Below, piece by piece: positions 10,261-21,400 of a DNA stretch of 32,703 nt. The position numbers were made by a program, and so were the translations under genes. Each line of letters opens with the position of its first letter. Positions within the stretch are counted from its first letter, which is position 1. Source of the DNA: an uncultured cyanobacterium (GTDB lineage Bacteria; Cyanobacteriota; Cyanobacteriia; Cyanobacteriales; Microcystaceae); assembly GCA_963807635.1 (NCBI GenBank), contig CAWEDJ010000024.1:1-32703 (forward strand), read 5' to 3'. The notes beneath the pieces were generated by a model that made no database searches, was not told where the DNA came from, and saw nothing but the letters and a program-made list of their open reading frames with translations.

Positions 10261-10761
10261 GTGATGATTCTTTGTTCTGATCTAGAAATTTATTTCAACA
10301 AACCAACTGATTATTTACTTGCCAATCGACAATCCTTAATACCCGATTGGGATTGGAAATGGGAACAACAAACACCGACCCTCGCATTGATTTTATTGCA
10401 AGCTCAGTTTCCTTTATTAGAAATTTCTGAAACAATTCAAGCTGAAAAAGATCGATTATTAGGCAAATTTATTTGTCTGGCTCAAAGTATCAAATTAGAA
10501 AGCGATCGCCATAATATCTTAACTGAAATCATCTTTCCCGTTGATGGAAAACCCCTCTTTTCAAGCACAGGCGATCGAGTTTTTAATTTACCTGCCTTAA
10601 TTCAAGATATTTTAGATTTTCCTGTCGAAAAAACGGCCCAGGGTTGCCAGGTTTTTATCCATCCTCAGTGGTCTTACGCAGTGTATCCTGGATTAGTCTT
10701 AATGAATACTTCTATCAACAAAACAGAGGTTGTGGTAAAAAAAATACTGCTCTCCCACTAA
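10261..10761 (+). CDS. MMADHC/CblD-like (methylmalonic aciduria and homocystinuria type D) family protein
   Basis: Pattern EKDRL..KF ... P.DGKPL.S..G ... GC.V..HP.W..AVYP recalled from cyanobacterial MMADHC homologues. Confidence 0.65.
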   Translation: MMILCSDLEIYFNKPTDYLLANRQSLIPDWDWKWEQQTPTLALILLQAQFPLLEISETIQAEKDRLLGKFICLAQSIKLESDRHNILTEIIFPVDGKPLFSSTGDRVFNLPALIQDILDFPVEKTAQGCQVFIHPQWSYAVYPGLVLMNTSINKTEVVVKKILLSH

Positions 10762-10791
10762 CCTCAAATGTTGAATTATTTGACAGTTGCA

Positions 10792-11544
10792 TTATTGATT
10801 TAAAGCTTTTAAAAATCGGTTCATACTAGCAAATAGGCCTGACTTTTTAGCTTTAACCGTTTCTTCACTATTTGCGGTTATTGGAGTCGTTTTTTCTAGA
10901 ATCAAATTTTCTAAAGCTTCTCCCAAGGGTTTTTCAGGAACTTCCGCAATTAATTCATAACCGTTTTTATTTTCTAAATGAACTTGCCAAAGGGAAGGAT
11001 AGGCTCGCAACACCACCGCTCCCTCTAGGGGACGAAAATAGTAGCTGGTTTCTAAGGTTTTGAGGAATCTTTCTCGTAATGCTCGGGCCGCGTAACCAAT
11101 GCCAACAATGGAAACATCTTCTAGTTGGGGAATCAGCAGAACTACGGGGCGATCGCCTGCCAAATTACAAAGTTTTTCTACCGATTGCACTTCTACCGAG
11201 GAAGGAGAAACTAAAAGAAAAGCTTGATCTTCATCGGAAATTTTCTGATCAACGGGAATATAACGACTTCCCAAATCACTAATCCGAAAATCCGTTTCTC
11301 CCCAATCCCGTCTGGCTAGGGCAGCGGCTCCTGTATCAGGAAAAATAACCTTTAATCCCGCCCCATAGTCTTGAAACAACGATGTAAATTCTAATCCCAA
11401 GGACTGGGCTTGTAGCGCAATTTCAGGAATGACTAACTCCACTTGTAAACGAGTACGTCCATCCGCTAGGGCTTGTTTGGTAAAAATAATGGCTTCGGCG
11501 ATCGCTTCTTCTAAAAATTGGGGAACCATATTGGCAATGTTCAA
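10792..11544 (-). CDS. DUF1995-family protein
   Basis: ALADGRTRLQVEL, FPDTGAAALARRDWG, VSIVGIGYAAR.LRERFL, conserved in cyanobacteria and plastids. Start could be the downstream ATG (MVPQFL). Confidence 0.85.
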   Translation of the reverse strand: MNIANMVPQFLEEAIAEAIIFTKQALADGRTRLQVELVIPEIALQAQSLGLEFTSLFQDYGAGLKVIFPDTGAAALARRDWGETDFRISDLGSRYIPVDQKISDEDQAFLLVSPSSVEVQSVEKLCNLAGDRPVVLLIPQLEDVSIVGIGYAARALRERFLKTLETSYYFRPLEGAVVLRAYPSLWQVHLENKNGYELIAEVPEKPLGEALENLILEKTTPITANSEETVKAKKSGLFASMNRFLKALNQ

Positions 11545-11662
11545 TGTTCAAGAGTAAAATTTTAGACTAGAACTAGAATGTTCGTTTATAATTTTTATAA
11601 TTTTCTGACAGGATCATCTTACTATTATCAGTATCGTTTATCCGTATCATTCAGTTGTATCA

Positions 11663-11905
11663 TCAGTGATATTGGTTACGGGTCTTAAGAGGCCGCCAAC
11701 CCGCCTGCCAGAGAGAGCGATCCTTTAGTTGCTTTGCATTAATCCAAAAACGAACCTGTGGATCACAACAAGCAACCAATTCGGCAAAAACCCATTCTCC
11801 CTGATTCCGACGATTAACGACCTGGAAATGCTGCCATCCCCAGGTTTTGTGTTGAGATGTCCACTTTGAACCCAATAGATATGGAAACTTTTGTTTATTT
11901 TTCAT
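11663..11905 (-). CDS. TIGR02450 family tryptophan-rich protein
   Basis: KFPYLLGSKWT....WGWQHFQVV ... RFWINAKQLKDRSLWQAGW. Confidence 0.85.
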   Translation of the reverse strand: MKNKQKFPYLLGSKWTSQHKTWGWQHFQVVNRRNQGEWVFAELVACCDPQVRFWINAKQLKDRSLWQAGWRPLKTRNQYH

Positions 11906-12051
11906 CTGCCGACAATTCATCCTTCTCTAGTGGGGGACAAGGTATATTATCCCAAAACCATGATTTTCTGATCAGATACTCTAACATGGGTATTAGAATT
12001 TAATAGCGTCAATGCTACTTAACAAAGTCCTATATTAGAGTAATAGTTTTT

Positions 12052-13591
12052 ATGAAATTTTCAGTCCAATCCTCCCCTAATCTCCGCCTTTCTGGCCCTA
12101 TCGCCCGCGCTTGGGTAGGCAGTCTCTTGTTATTGACAATGGGAATTGCTCCCTTGCCCACTCTAGCAGGAAATTCCCCCTCAAAATCTAAACCGACTAC
12201 GACCGCAGTCAGCCCCTCCGTCTTTCCCTCTTCGGTCGCTCAACCCAATGAATCGGACTATCTTCTGGGGCAGGCAATCGGCTCCGTATGGATGTCTATC
12301 AGGTGGAAGAATTTAGTAAAAGTGAATATCAAGTTTTAGTCGATGGAACTCTGAGTTTTCCCTTAGTAGGAGTCATTAAGGTCAACAACATGACCATTCC
12401 CCAATTGACGGCGGTTCTCAACAAAGAATACTCGAAATATATTAAACGTCCCTTAATCACCATCGGGCTTCTCCAACCCCGCCCCCTAACTCTAACTCTC
12501 GCAGGGGAAATCAACTCTCCAGGCTCCTATACCCTGCCCATTGCCCAGGGACAGAAATTTCCCACCCTAACAGATGTGATCCAACAGGCAGGAGGATTAA
12601 CCCCCTCAGCTAACGTGAGCAATATTGTCGTACGACGCACGAGTACTCCAGGTGGCAGTCCCCAAACCCTTAACCTCAATCTGTGGGAACTTCTACAAAA
12701 GGGAAATAGTAGTCAAAACATTACGATGAGGGATGGAGATACCATCGTCATTGCCAGTGAAGATAAAACTGACCCTAATCAAGTCCGCCAATTAGTCGAT
12801 GCCAACTTTGGTATTCGCTTTGATTCAGAAATCAATGTCGCAGTAGTCGGAGAAGTCTTTCGCCCAGGAGCCTATAAACTCAGTCCCACCAGAGCCACGA
12901 GTAATATTCAGGAAGTAGGGGGAGCAGGGGGAACTGCCAGAACACTGCCAACCAAAATGGTGTCCGTCAACCCGTCCGTTTGACCCAAGCCCTCCAGGAA
13001 GCAGGAGGCATCAAACCGATCGCTGATATACGGAATATAGAAGTCCGTCGTCAGAACCGTTCAGGGAAAGAAGAATTGATCACCGTGAACCTGTGGGAAC
13101 TCTTAGAACAAGGTGACTTAGATAAAGATTTAGTTCTACAAAATGGCGATACAATTTCCGTCGTTGAAGCAAAAAGCCAGACTTCGGAGCAATTTGATAC
13201 CCTCGCAACGGCCAACTTCGCGCCCAAGAGTATTCGAGTCAATATTGTCGGAGAAGTCCGTAGTCCAGGGACGAAAGAACTGCCTCCCAATACGACCCTC
13301 AACCAAGGATTGCTAGCGGGTGGTGGTTTTGATCCGCGCCGAGCAGACAGAAGTAATGTTGAGTTGGTTCGTTTAAATCCCAATGGAACGGTGACCAAAA
13401 AAACCATCAAACCCAATTTTGGAGAAGGCATTGATGAAGCCAACAATCCCACTCTCCGCAATAATGATGTCATTTTTGTCAACACCAGTGCCTTAGCCGC
13501 CACAACGGATACCATTGGGACTATTTTTAGTCCTCTTGGAGCCATTTTAGGAGGTGGTGCTTTGTCTCTTATCAATTTATTTACTAATTAA
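12052..13591 (+). CDS. Polysaccharide export protein with SLBB repeats (Wza/GumB-like); two apparent frameshifts
   Basis: Three ORFs join into one protein: signal peptide, Y.LGAG.RL..DV Poly_export motif (shift in CTGGGG ~12266-12270), then SLBB repeats (second shift near G-runs ~12915-12945). Adjacent to a Wzc-like gene. Confidence 0.85.
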
Positions 13592-13603
13592 CCCTTTAAC
13601 CCA

Positions 13604-15955
13604 ATGCCTAAAGAACCTGACACATCGATAATCTATAGCCGGAGAAGAGCGATGGAAGAAAGTCTGAGTAACCCAGTTGCTGCTGCGAAGAGTCCTACTA
13701 ATGAAGTAGGACCGTCTTCCTACACTGTTGCTAGGGGCAGAGGGACAAGCGAAGAACTGAATTTGCGTCAGGTTCTCTTTATTCTCCGCCATAGATTATG
13801 GCTTATCTTAGCCATTGCTGGTGGGGTCAGCTTTGCGGTTTTATTGTGGACACTCCAACAAAGACAAGTGTTTGAGGGGAATTTTCAATTGTTAGTGGGT
13901 GATCCTATCGTCCAACAGGATCCCACTAAACAACTGGTTTTGGATCAACTGGGTGTCAAAGAAGTGGATTATGATACTCAAATTGCTGTATTGAAAAGTT
14001 CTAGTATTCTAGAACCCATTATTAAGGAAATATCGCTTCAATATCCTGAAATTAGCTATGAAAACCTAGCGGGAGGAAACAATCCTTATTTAGCGATCAA
14101 TCAACTTAAAGACACTAAGATTTTACAAGTGTCTTTTCTCGATAGCGATCGCGAAAAAATTGAATATATTCTGAATGCTCTTTCAAAAGCCTATCTCTCC
14201 TATAGTTTGGATGAAAGAAAAATCCAAATCAATCAAGGAATTAAATTCGTTGATGATCAGTTACCCAAGCTACGGCAACGGGTTAATACGCGACAAGCCC
14301 AACTACAAAAATTTCGGCAACAACATAATCTACTTGATCCAGAACTCAAGGCAAAAGAACTTTCCGATTTAGAATTCTCTTTAAAAGCCAAATATATTGA
14401 TCTTCAAGTCAGCACTAGGGAAGTGATGTCTCTCTATAGTGTGTTGCAACGTCAATTGGGTTTAAGTTCTGAGGATGCTCTGGCCTCTAGTGACCTCAGT
14501 GAATCTCCCCGTTACCAGAATTTACTCAACCAGTTACAGGCCATTGAATTAGAACTCGCTAAACAATCAGCTCTCTATTCTGATGAAAATCCCATTATTC
14601 AGAACTTAAAAACTAAACAAGAAAACCTCAAACCTCTGCTGCGCCAAGAAGCTCAAGCGGTATTGGGCGATCGCTTCAAGACAATGGAGTATCAATCTTC
14701 CCTAAGTTCTCCTGGTGCTTTGCGGCTTAATCTGAATCAACAGTATATTCAAACTGCCAACCAATTACAGGTACAAAAAACAAAACTGGCTGCCATTGAA
14801 CAAGAATTAAATGAGGTTAATAAACAAATCAAGCAAATGCCCACCCTCGCTCGGCAATACATGGATTTACAGCGAGAAATGAACGTAGCAACGGACAGCT
14901 TAAGTCGTTTTCTCGAAGCCCAAGAAAAACTACAAATTGATGCCGCCCAACAAACCATTCCTTGGCAATTGATCTCTCCTCCTTCTGTAGACGAGACGGC
15001 GGTTTGGCCTAAGCCCGCCCGTAATATCAGCTTGGGTATCATTGCAGGCCTATTGTTTGGCGTTGGAGCGGCTTTCTTGCTAGAGCGGTTAGATCCTGTT
15101 TTTCACTCCGTTGAAGAACTCAAGGAAGAAACCCAAGTGCCTATTTTGGGCATGATTCCTTGGCAGAAGGATCTCCAGCTTGTTGAAAAAGTTGTGGGGG
15201 TTAATGTCTCTCCCATGATTTCCTCTCCTGCGACCCCCAGTGAAAAATCGACGAAACAAACAAACCGTTCCTCTCGTTCGGGTTACCGCTCCTCTGGTTT
15301 TTTAGAAGCTTTCCGTTCTTTCAATACGAATATTTGGCTTTTGGGTTCGGATCATCCTATTCGTTCTCTGGTTATTAGTTCTGCGACTCCTGGGGACGGC
15401 AAAACCACGACTTCTCTTAACTTAGCTCAAGCTGCGGCCGCGATGGGACAAAAGGTATTATTGGTTGATGCCGATTTACGCCGTCCTCGTGTTCACCATT
15501 TCTTTGGATTAGTTAATGCCCAAGGGTTAAGTAATGTCATTGCCACGGGGTTATCGGCAGAAGAGGCGATCCAAAAAGTCCCTCAATGGGATAATCTTTC
15601 TATTTTAACGGCGGGTTCCATGCCTCCCGATCCCATTCGACTCCTCACTTCTAGGCGGATGCAAGAGTTGATGGATTCCTGGGAGCAGAGTTCTGCCTAC
15701 GATCTGATTATTTACGATACGCCTCCCCTACTCAGTTTTGCTGATGCTCGCATTATTGCTTCTGGAACGACGGGTTTGATTTTAGTGCTTAAGTTAGGAA
15801 AAACTGACCGTTCTGCCTTTAAACACGTTTTGGATGATATAAAAATGGCTCAGGCTCCTCTATTAGGAATTGTGGCCAATAGTGTGAGTCGCAATGATTA
15901 TGGGGGTGCTGGTTACTACAACTATTACAGCTACAGTCAAGCCCGTGCGTCTTAA
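13604..15955 (+). CDS. GumC/Wzc-family polysaccharide co-polymerase and tyrosine autokinase
   Basis: Two TM segments flanking coiled coils, SATPGDGKTT Walker A, VDADLRRP, IYDTPP, Tyr-rich tail GYYNYYSYS. An alternative start is ATG 13652, preceded by GGAG. Confidence 0.93.
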   Translation: MPKEPDTSIIYSRRRAMEESLSNPVAAAKSPTNEVGPSSYTVARGRGTSEELNLRQVLFILRHRLWLILAIAGGVSFAVLLWTLQQRQVFEGNFQLLVGDPIVQQDPTKQLVLDQLGVKEVDYDTQIAVLKSSSILEPIIKEISLQYPEISYENLAGGNNPYLAINQLKDTKILQVSFLDSDREKIEYILNALSKAYLSYSLDERKIQINQGIKFVDDQLPKLRQRVNTRQAQLQKFRQQHNLLDPELKAKELSDLEFSLKAKYIDLQVSTREVMSLYSVLQRQLGLSSEDALASSDLSESPRYQNLLNQLQAIELELAKQSALYSDENPIIQNLKTKQENLKPLLRQEAQAVLGDRFKTMEYQSSLSSPGALRLNLNQQYIQTANQLQVQKTKLAAIEQELNEVNKQIKQMPTLARQYMDLQREMNVATDSLSRFLEAQEKLQIDAAQQTIPWQLISPPSVDETAVWPKPARNISLGIIAGLLFGVGAAFLLERLDPVFHSVEELKEETQVPILGMIPWQKDLQLVEKVVGVNVSPMISSPATPSEKSTKQTNRSSRSGYRSSGFLEAFRSFNTNIWLLGSDHPIRSLVISSATPGDGKTTTSLNLAQAAAAMGQKVLLVDADLRRPRVHHFFGLVNAQGLSNVIATGLSAEEAIQKVPQWDNLSILTAGSMPPDPIRLLTSRRMQELMDSWEQSSAYDLIIYDTPPLLSFADARIIASGTTGLILVLKLGKTDRSAFKHVLDDIKMAQAPLLGIVANSVSRNDYGGAGYYNYYSYSQARAS

Positions 15956-16519
15956 TGGATAAAGTTCAGTTGCGCCGTCAACTTCTTCAACAACGCCGAT
16001 CGCTTCCCACCACAGTATGGCAAGAAAACAGCGATCGCCTTTGTCAAAACCTCATCTCTTTACCACTTTTTCAGGCGGCGAAAACAATTCTAGGTTACTT
16101 CAGTCTCCATCAAGAACCTGACCTTAGCTCTTTGTTTCGCTCTTCTGTTACTTGGGGCTTTCCCCGTTGTGTCGGACAAAATTTAGCTTGGCATCGTTGG
16201 GCTGTGGGAGATTCCTTGCAAATTGGCCCCTACGGAATTGCTGAACCCGAAGCCGATTCTCCCCCATTATCCCCCTCAGAAATTGATTTAATTCTTGTTC
16301 CTGCCGTTGCTTGCGATCGCCGAGGTTATCGGTTGGGCTACGGTGGAGGATATTATGATCGACTATTTTGCTGATCCACTTTGGGCAAATATTCCCACCG
16401 TTGGAATTATTTTTGAATTTGCCTATTTATCGGCCTTGCCCGTTGAACCTTGGGACATGACCGTATCTTTAGTTTGTACAGAAAATAGGGTTTATTTTCC
16501 TCATAAAATCAACCAATAA
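15955..16519 (+). CDS. 5-formyltetrahydrofolate cyclo-ligase; one apparent frameshift near 16366-16369
   Basis: EPDL, GPYGIAEP, DLILVPAVACDRRGYRLGYGGGYYDR; continues in another frame as ADPLW...LPVEPWD...VCTE. The shift falls in a TTTT run. Confidence 0.9.
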
Positions 16520-16680
16520 GTATTATTACTCAAGTTAATACATTAAGTTTTATTGAATGAAAGTGGAGAGAATCAAATCTCTTTGCTAGGATAAAAACTG
16601 CTATCAAAATAATGCAATATCGAAAGTTTAAGAACTTTTTATTATTGATTAATGGTGGCAAAATTACAATAAAAGTATCT

Positions 16681-17003
16681 ATGATTAAGCATTTTTGTGA
16701 TGATTGGGTTCGGGAATGGTGCGATGATAACGGTTGGACGGATCTGTTTATGGAACGTTCCAATAACTATTGGGCTTTTCCCCCTGGGGCGGTGATGCCT
16801 GAACCCATTCCCTCTAAAACGCTACGCCTGATCAAGTCACAAAAGGGTCTATGTCCTGAAGAACGAATTTGGTTGACTTCCGCTATGCTGATTAGTCTGA
16901 TTGCGATCGTTTCCAGTTATTTTTGGGAAATCCCATGCCCTTGGTTTTGGCTTTTGCCTGTGCGGCGGTCACTGCGGGTCAATTAGAAATAGAAGAAATT
17001 TAG
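16681..17003 (+). CDS. Conserved cyanobacterial membrane protein; apparent frameshift near 16920-16927
   Basis: WVREWCDDNGWTDLF...YWAFPPGAVMPEPIP; after the shift GNPMPLVLAFACAAVTAGQLEIEEI* (stop 17001-17003). Confidence 0.75.
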
Positions 17004-17047
17004 GGATTAGTGATTTAGGAATGAATAAATTAAAAGGGAAAACAGGA

Positions 17048-17335
17048 TTAGTGAGCAATCCATTGGGCATCATTCACAATAAAAATACCCCCTAGTTTAT
17101 TCAGTAAAGGCTGTATGGCATTAGATAACGGTTCTATTATTTCTGAATGGGGACAAATAATCATGATGTAACTATTCGTGATGAGGTCGTCTCCATAGGA
17201 ACCATGCTCACCACAACCCGATACATTATGAATGATGGTGTATCGTTCAATTCCATGTTTTTTAAGAACTTTTAAAACAGAAGGAACTTCGGGGTCACTC
17301 ACAATAATTTCAATTTTTTTAACAGATTCTAACAT
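17048..17335 (-). CDS. sbtB: P-II-like regulator SbtB
   Basis: KKIEIIV...YTIIHNVSGCGEHG...GGIFIVNDA, P-II fold; 2 bp downstream of an SbtA-family gene. Confidence 0.8.
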   Translation of the reverse strand: MLESVKKIEIIVSDPEVPSVLKVLKKHGIERYTIIHNVSGCGEHGSYGDDLITNSYIMIICPHSEIIEPLSNAIQPLLNKLGGIFIVNDAQWIAH

Positions 17336-17337
17336 TT

Positions 17338-18333
17338 TTAAATTCCCAATAATTTAATGGCTTGTAGATAAATCGGAATACCAACAATAATGTTGAAAGG
17401 AAAGGTGATCGCTAGGGCCATCGAAACATAGAGGCTAGGATTGGCTTCAGGGACGGTCATCCGCATGGCGGCGGGTACGGCAATGTAGGACGCACTGGCA
17501 CACAGCACGGCAAACAAGAGAGCATTTCCTTCACCCATGCCAATGATTTTGGCGAGTATAATCCCTATGAGGGCATTGGCGATCGGCATTAAAACAGCGA
17601 AACCGATGAGGAACATACCCGCTTGGCGAAGATCTCGAATGCGACGGGCGGCAACGAGTCCCATATCTAGCAGAAAAAACATTAACGCACCATAGAAGAG
17701 GTCTTTTTCGACAAATAAATGAACCTTTCCCCAACCAGTAGCACCCGTTAGCACTCCTGTTATCAGGCTACCAATTAATAACAAAACTGAGCCATTTAAA
17801 AAAGCTTCTCGTAATACTTCACCCCAGGACGTTTCCTCAACTTCGTTTTCATCAGTAGAAATAGTCGCTTTTTTAGTGAAAACTCTGACCAGAATCAAAC
17901 CTACTACGATCGCGGGAGATTCCATCAGGGCGAGGGCGGCTACCATGTGACCCCCGTAGTCGATCTGTAATTTATCGAGCAGGGAACTGGCAGTAATAAA
18001 GGTTACAGCACTAATGGAGCCATAGGTCGCCGCGATCGCCGCCGCATTGTAATTATCGAGCTTAATCCGCAAAATAAAGAAGGAATAGACTGGCACAATG
18101 GAAGCCATCAAAATCGCTGCCAATAAAGTGACGATAATGGAAGAACTTAAACCACTCTCAACCAGTTCATGTCCACCTTTAAAGCCGATCGCGACTAGTA
18201 GATAAAGGGAAAACAACTTGGGTAAGGGATTGGGAATTTCTAAATCGGACTGAACAAAAACCGCTATCATTCCCAGAAAAAAGAATAAAACGGGCGGATT
18301 TAAAATATTTGATAGAATTAAACTGCTATCCAT
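17338..18333 (-). CDS. sbtA: Sodium-dependent bicarbonate transporter, SbtA/DUF897 family
   Basis: SDLEIP, AIGFKGG, YGSISAVTF, LMESPA, FLLDMG, ASASYIAVPAAMR, TFPFNI motifs; multi-TM. Confidence 0.88.
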   Translation of the reverse strand: MDSSLILSNILNPPVLFFFLGMIAVFVQSDLEIPNPLPKLFSLYLLVAIGFKGGHELVESGLSSSIIVTLLAAILMASIVPVYSFFILRIKLDNYNAAAIAATYGSISAVTFITASSLLDKLQIDYGGHMVAALALMESPAIVVGLILVRVFTKKATISTDENEVEETSWGEVLREAFLNGSVLLLIGSLITGVLTGATGWGKVHLFVEKDLFYGALMFFLLDMGLVAARRIRDLRQAGMFLIGFAVLMPIANALIGIILAKIIGMGEGNALLFAVLCASASYIAVPAAMRMTVPEANPSLYVSMALAITFPFNIIVGIPIYLQAIKLLGI

Positions 18334-18434
18334 TGCTTATTTGAAATTTTTCACTTAATCTGGCAGGATAAGAAACATATTAGGACAATCGGGATCAGAT
18401 TCAGCATTCTGTATCAAATCAACAACATTGCAAT

Positions 18435-21400
18435 TTAAGGCTCAACTTGAGGTTCACCGAAACCACCGCCGCCTGGGGTTTCAATGACAAAGGTATCCCC
18501 TGCTTCCATACTCACCGATGCGATCGCACCGAGTTCTTCCAAACTTCCATCCTGGCGAATCAGATAATTGTGTCCCACCTGACCCGATCGCCCACCGTTT
18601 AAGCCAAAGGGCGGAATAACCCGATTTCCCGACAAAATATTCGCCTTCATCGATTCCAAGAAGCGAATCTTCCGTATAACCCCATCTCCCCCGTTAAATT
18701 GCCCTAATCCACCGCTATGGGGACGAATCTCGAAACTTTCAAGTAAAACAGGAAAACGCCATTCCAAAACCTCTGGATCGGTTAAACGGGAATTAGTCAT
18801 CTGAGTTTGTACCGCACTGGTTCCCGCAAAAGTCGCTCCTGCCCCCGATCCACCGCAAATTGTCTCGTAATACTGGTATTTTTCATTGCCAAAGGTGAAA
18901 TTATTCATGGTTCCTTGGGAAGCCGCCATCACTCCCAACGCACCGTAAAGAGCATTTACAATGGCTTGAGAAGTCTCCACATTGCCAGCAACAATCGCGG
19001 CGGGATAGGAGGGATTGAGCATCGAACCTTCAGGAATAATCAGGGTTAAGGGTTTCAAACAGCCATGATTGAGGGGAATATTTTCATTAACTAAGGTGCG
19101 AAAAACGTATAAAACTGCGGCTTGACAAACAGCAACGGGAGCATTTAAATTACTCTTTAATTGGGCAGAAGTTCCCGTAAAATCGATAATTGCAGAACGA
19201 TGCTGATAATCAATGGTAATTTTGACTTGGATTTTTTCACCCCCATCCATGACATAACAAAATTCACCCGCTTTTAAAACCGCGATCGCTCTGCGTACCG
19301 ATTCTTCTGCATGATTTTGAACAAAATTCATATAGGCTTGAACGGTGAATAAACCATAATGTTCAACAATTCTTTGTAATTCTTCCACTCCTTTCGCGTT
19401 AGCATTCACTTGAGCAATTAAATCCGCAATATTTTGATCCAAATTACGAGCAGGATAAGTATTATTTGAAAGTAATTCTCGTAATGCTATTTCTTGAAAT
19501 TCACCCTGTTGAATTAGCTGAAAATTATCAATTAAAACACCTTCTTCAGTAATATTGTGACTATTCGGTGGCATAGAGCCAGGCGTAATTCCCCCAATAT
19601 CTGCGTGATGGCCCCGCGAAGCCACATAGAAAAGAATTTGAGTTCCTGTTTGATTAAAAACAGGCGTAATTACCGTAATATCAGGTAAGTGAGTTCCGCC
19701 ATTGTAGGGATTATTCGACGCATAAACATCGCCTTTTTTTAAGTTATTTCCTACCGCTTCGATTAAACTATGAACACTCGCTGACATTGACCCTAAATGA
19801 ACAGGAATGTGGGGAGCATTAGCTACTAAGTCACCACGCTGATCAAAAATTGCACAGGAAAAATCTAATCTTTCTTTAATATTGACCGAAGTGGCTGTAT
19901 TTTGTAGCGTAATTCCCATTTCTTCGGCGATAAATTGAAACAGATTTTTGAAAATTTCTAGACGCACAGGATCGGGTTTTAAAAGAATTTGTTCTACTGC
20001 TTCTTTTCTTAAAATTTTCTTGGAATTGATTGGCTCTAAAATCAGAGAATTACGATTCGTTAAGGTTGCTTGCCAATTCGGTTCAATGATATTCGTTCCT
20101 GTTTTTTCGACAATCATTGCAGGGCCAATAATTTGATCATCGGGTTGTAAGTCTTCTCTTTGGTAAACAGGCGTGTCATACCATTGATTTTTAGTAAAAA
20201 TTTTAACTTCGGCGATCGCGTAAGGTACACCTTGAGAAGATCGTGAAATTATGGGTTCTTCAGGAATTGCGATCGGTTGAATAATTTCCACAAAGAGGGA
20301 ATCAACAATCAGATTTTTGTGAAGTTGAATAAATCCATAACGTAATTGGTGTTCTTGCTCAAAAGCTAAACGCATTAATGCAATATCTTCCTGAAAATCA
20401 ATTAATAACGTTGAATCGGTTCCTTGATATTTTAAGCGGACTTTAATCAAGATTTGATTGTCTTTTGAAGAATTTTCTAGACTCGCCATGATTTCTTGTT
20501 CGGCGGCTAATTGTAATTCAGTAATGACTTTTTTTAGTTCCTCAAGATTATCGGTTTGTAAACACTTTTCAATGCTACATTGTTTGACCACTCGAATATC
20601 TGCTAAACCAATCCCATAGGCAGATAAAACCCCAGCATAGGGATGGATAAAAATTCGTTGAATCCCTAATTTTTCGGCAATGAGACAAGCGTGCTGTCCT
20701 CCCGCTCCCCCAAAACAAACAAGGGTATATTCTGAGACATCATAACCCCGTTGCACCGAGATTTTTTTAATCGCATTAGCCATATTTTCTACGGCAATTT
20801 CAATAAATCCTGATGCGACGGATTCGGGCGTGTAAAAATGACCTGTTTGGGCTTGAATTTGTTGGGCTAATTGGGTAAATTTTTGTTGAACAATGTCTGA
20901 ATTTAGGGGGAGATTTCCCGTAATGCCGAAAACAGACGGAAAATATTGACTTTGAATTTTTCCTAATAAAATATTGGCATCGGTAATACACAGGGGGCCT
21001 CCCCGACGATAGGAAGCAGGGCCTGGGTTTGCTCCTGCCGAATCTGGCCCGACTTGATAACGATTATTTTCAAACTTTAAAATTGAGCTTCCACCAGCCG
21101 CAACCGTGTGAATGGCCATCATGGGAACCCGCATTCTAATTCCCGCAATTTCTGTCTCGAATTGTCGTTCGTATTCTCCATTAAAATGGGCAACATCGGT
21201 GGAAGTTCCCCCCATATCAAAGGTGATAATTTTGTTAAATCCTGCCTTTAAACTAGTTTGTACTGCGCCGACAATTCCCCCTGCGGGGCCTGACAATAAA
21301 CTATCTTTTCCTTGAAAATTGTTAGCATTCGTTAATCCTCCATCGGATTGCATAAACATCATTTTAATGGATGATTTTTTGTGGTTATTTAATTGATTAG

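Noticed and set aside
11567..11583. GAAC-N6-GTTC as a LexA/SOS box upstream of the DUF1995 gene
   Set aside because: Spacing and sequence fit neither the cyanobacterial (RGTAC-N3-DGTWC) nor the Gram-positive (GAAC-N4-GTTC) consensus.
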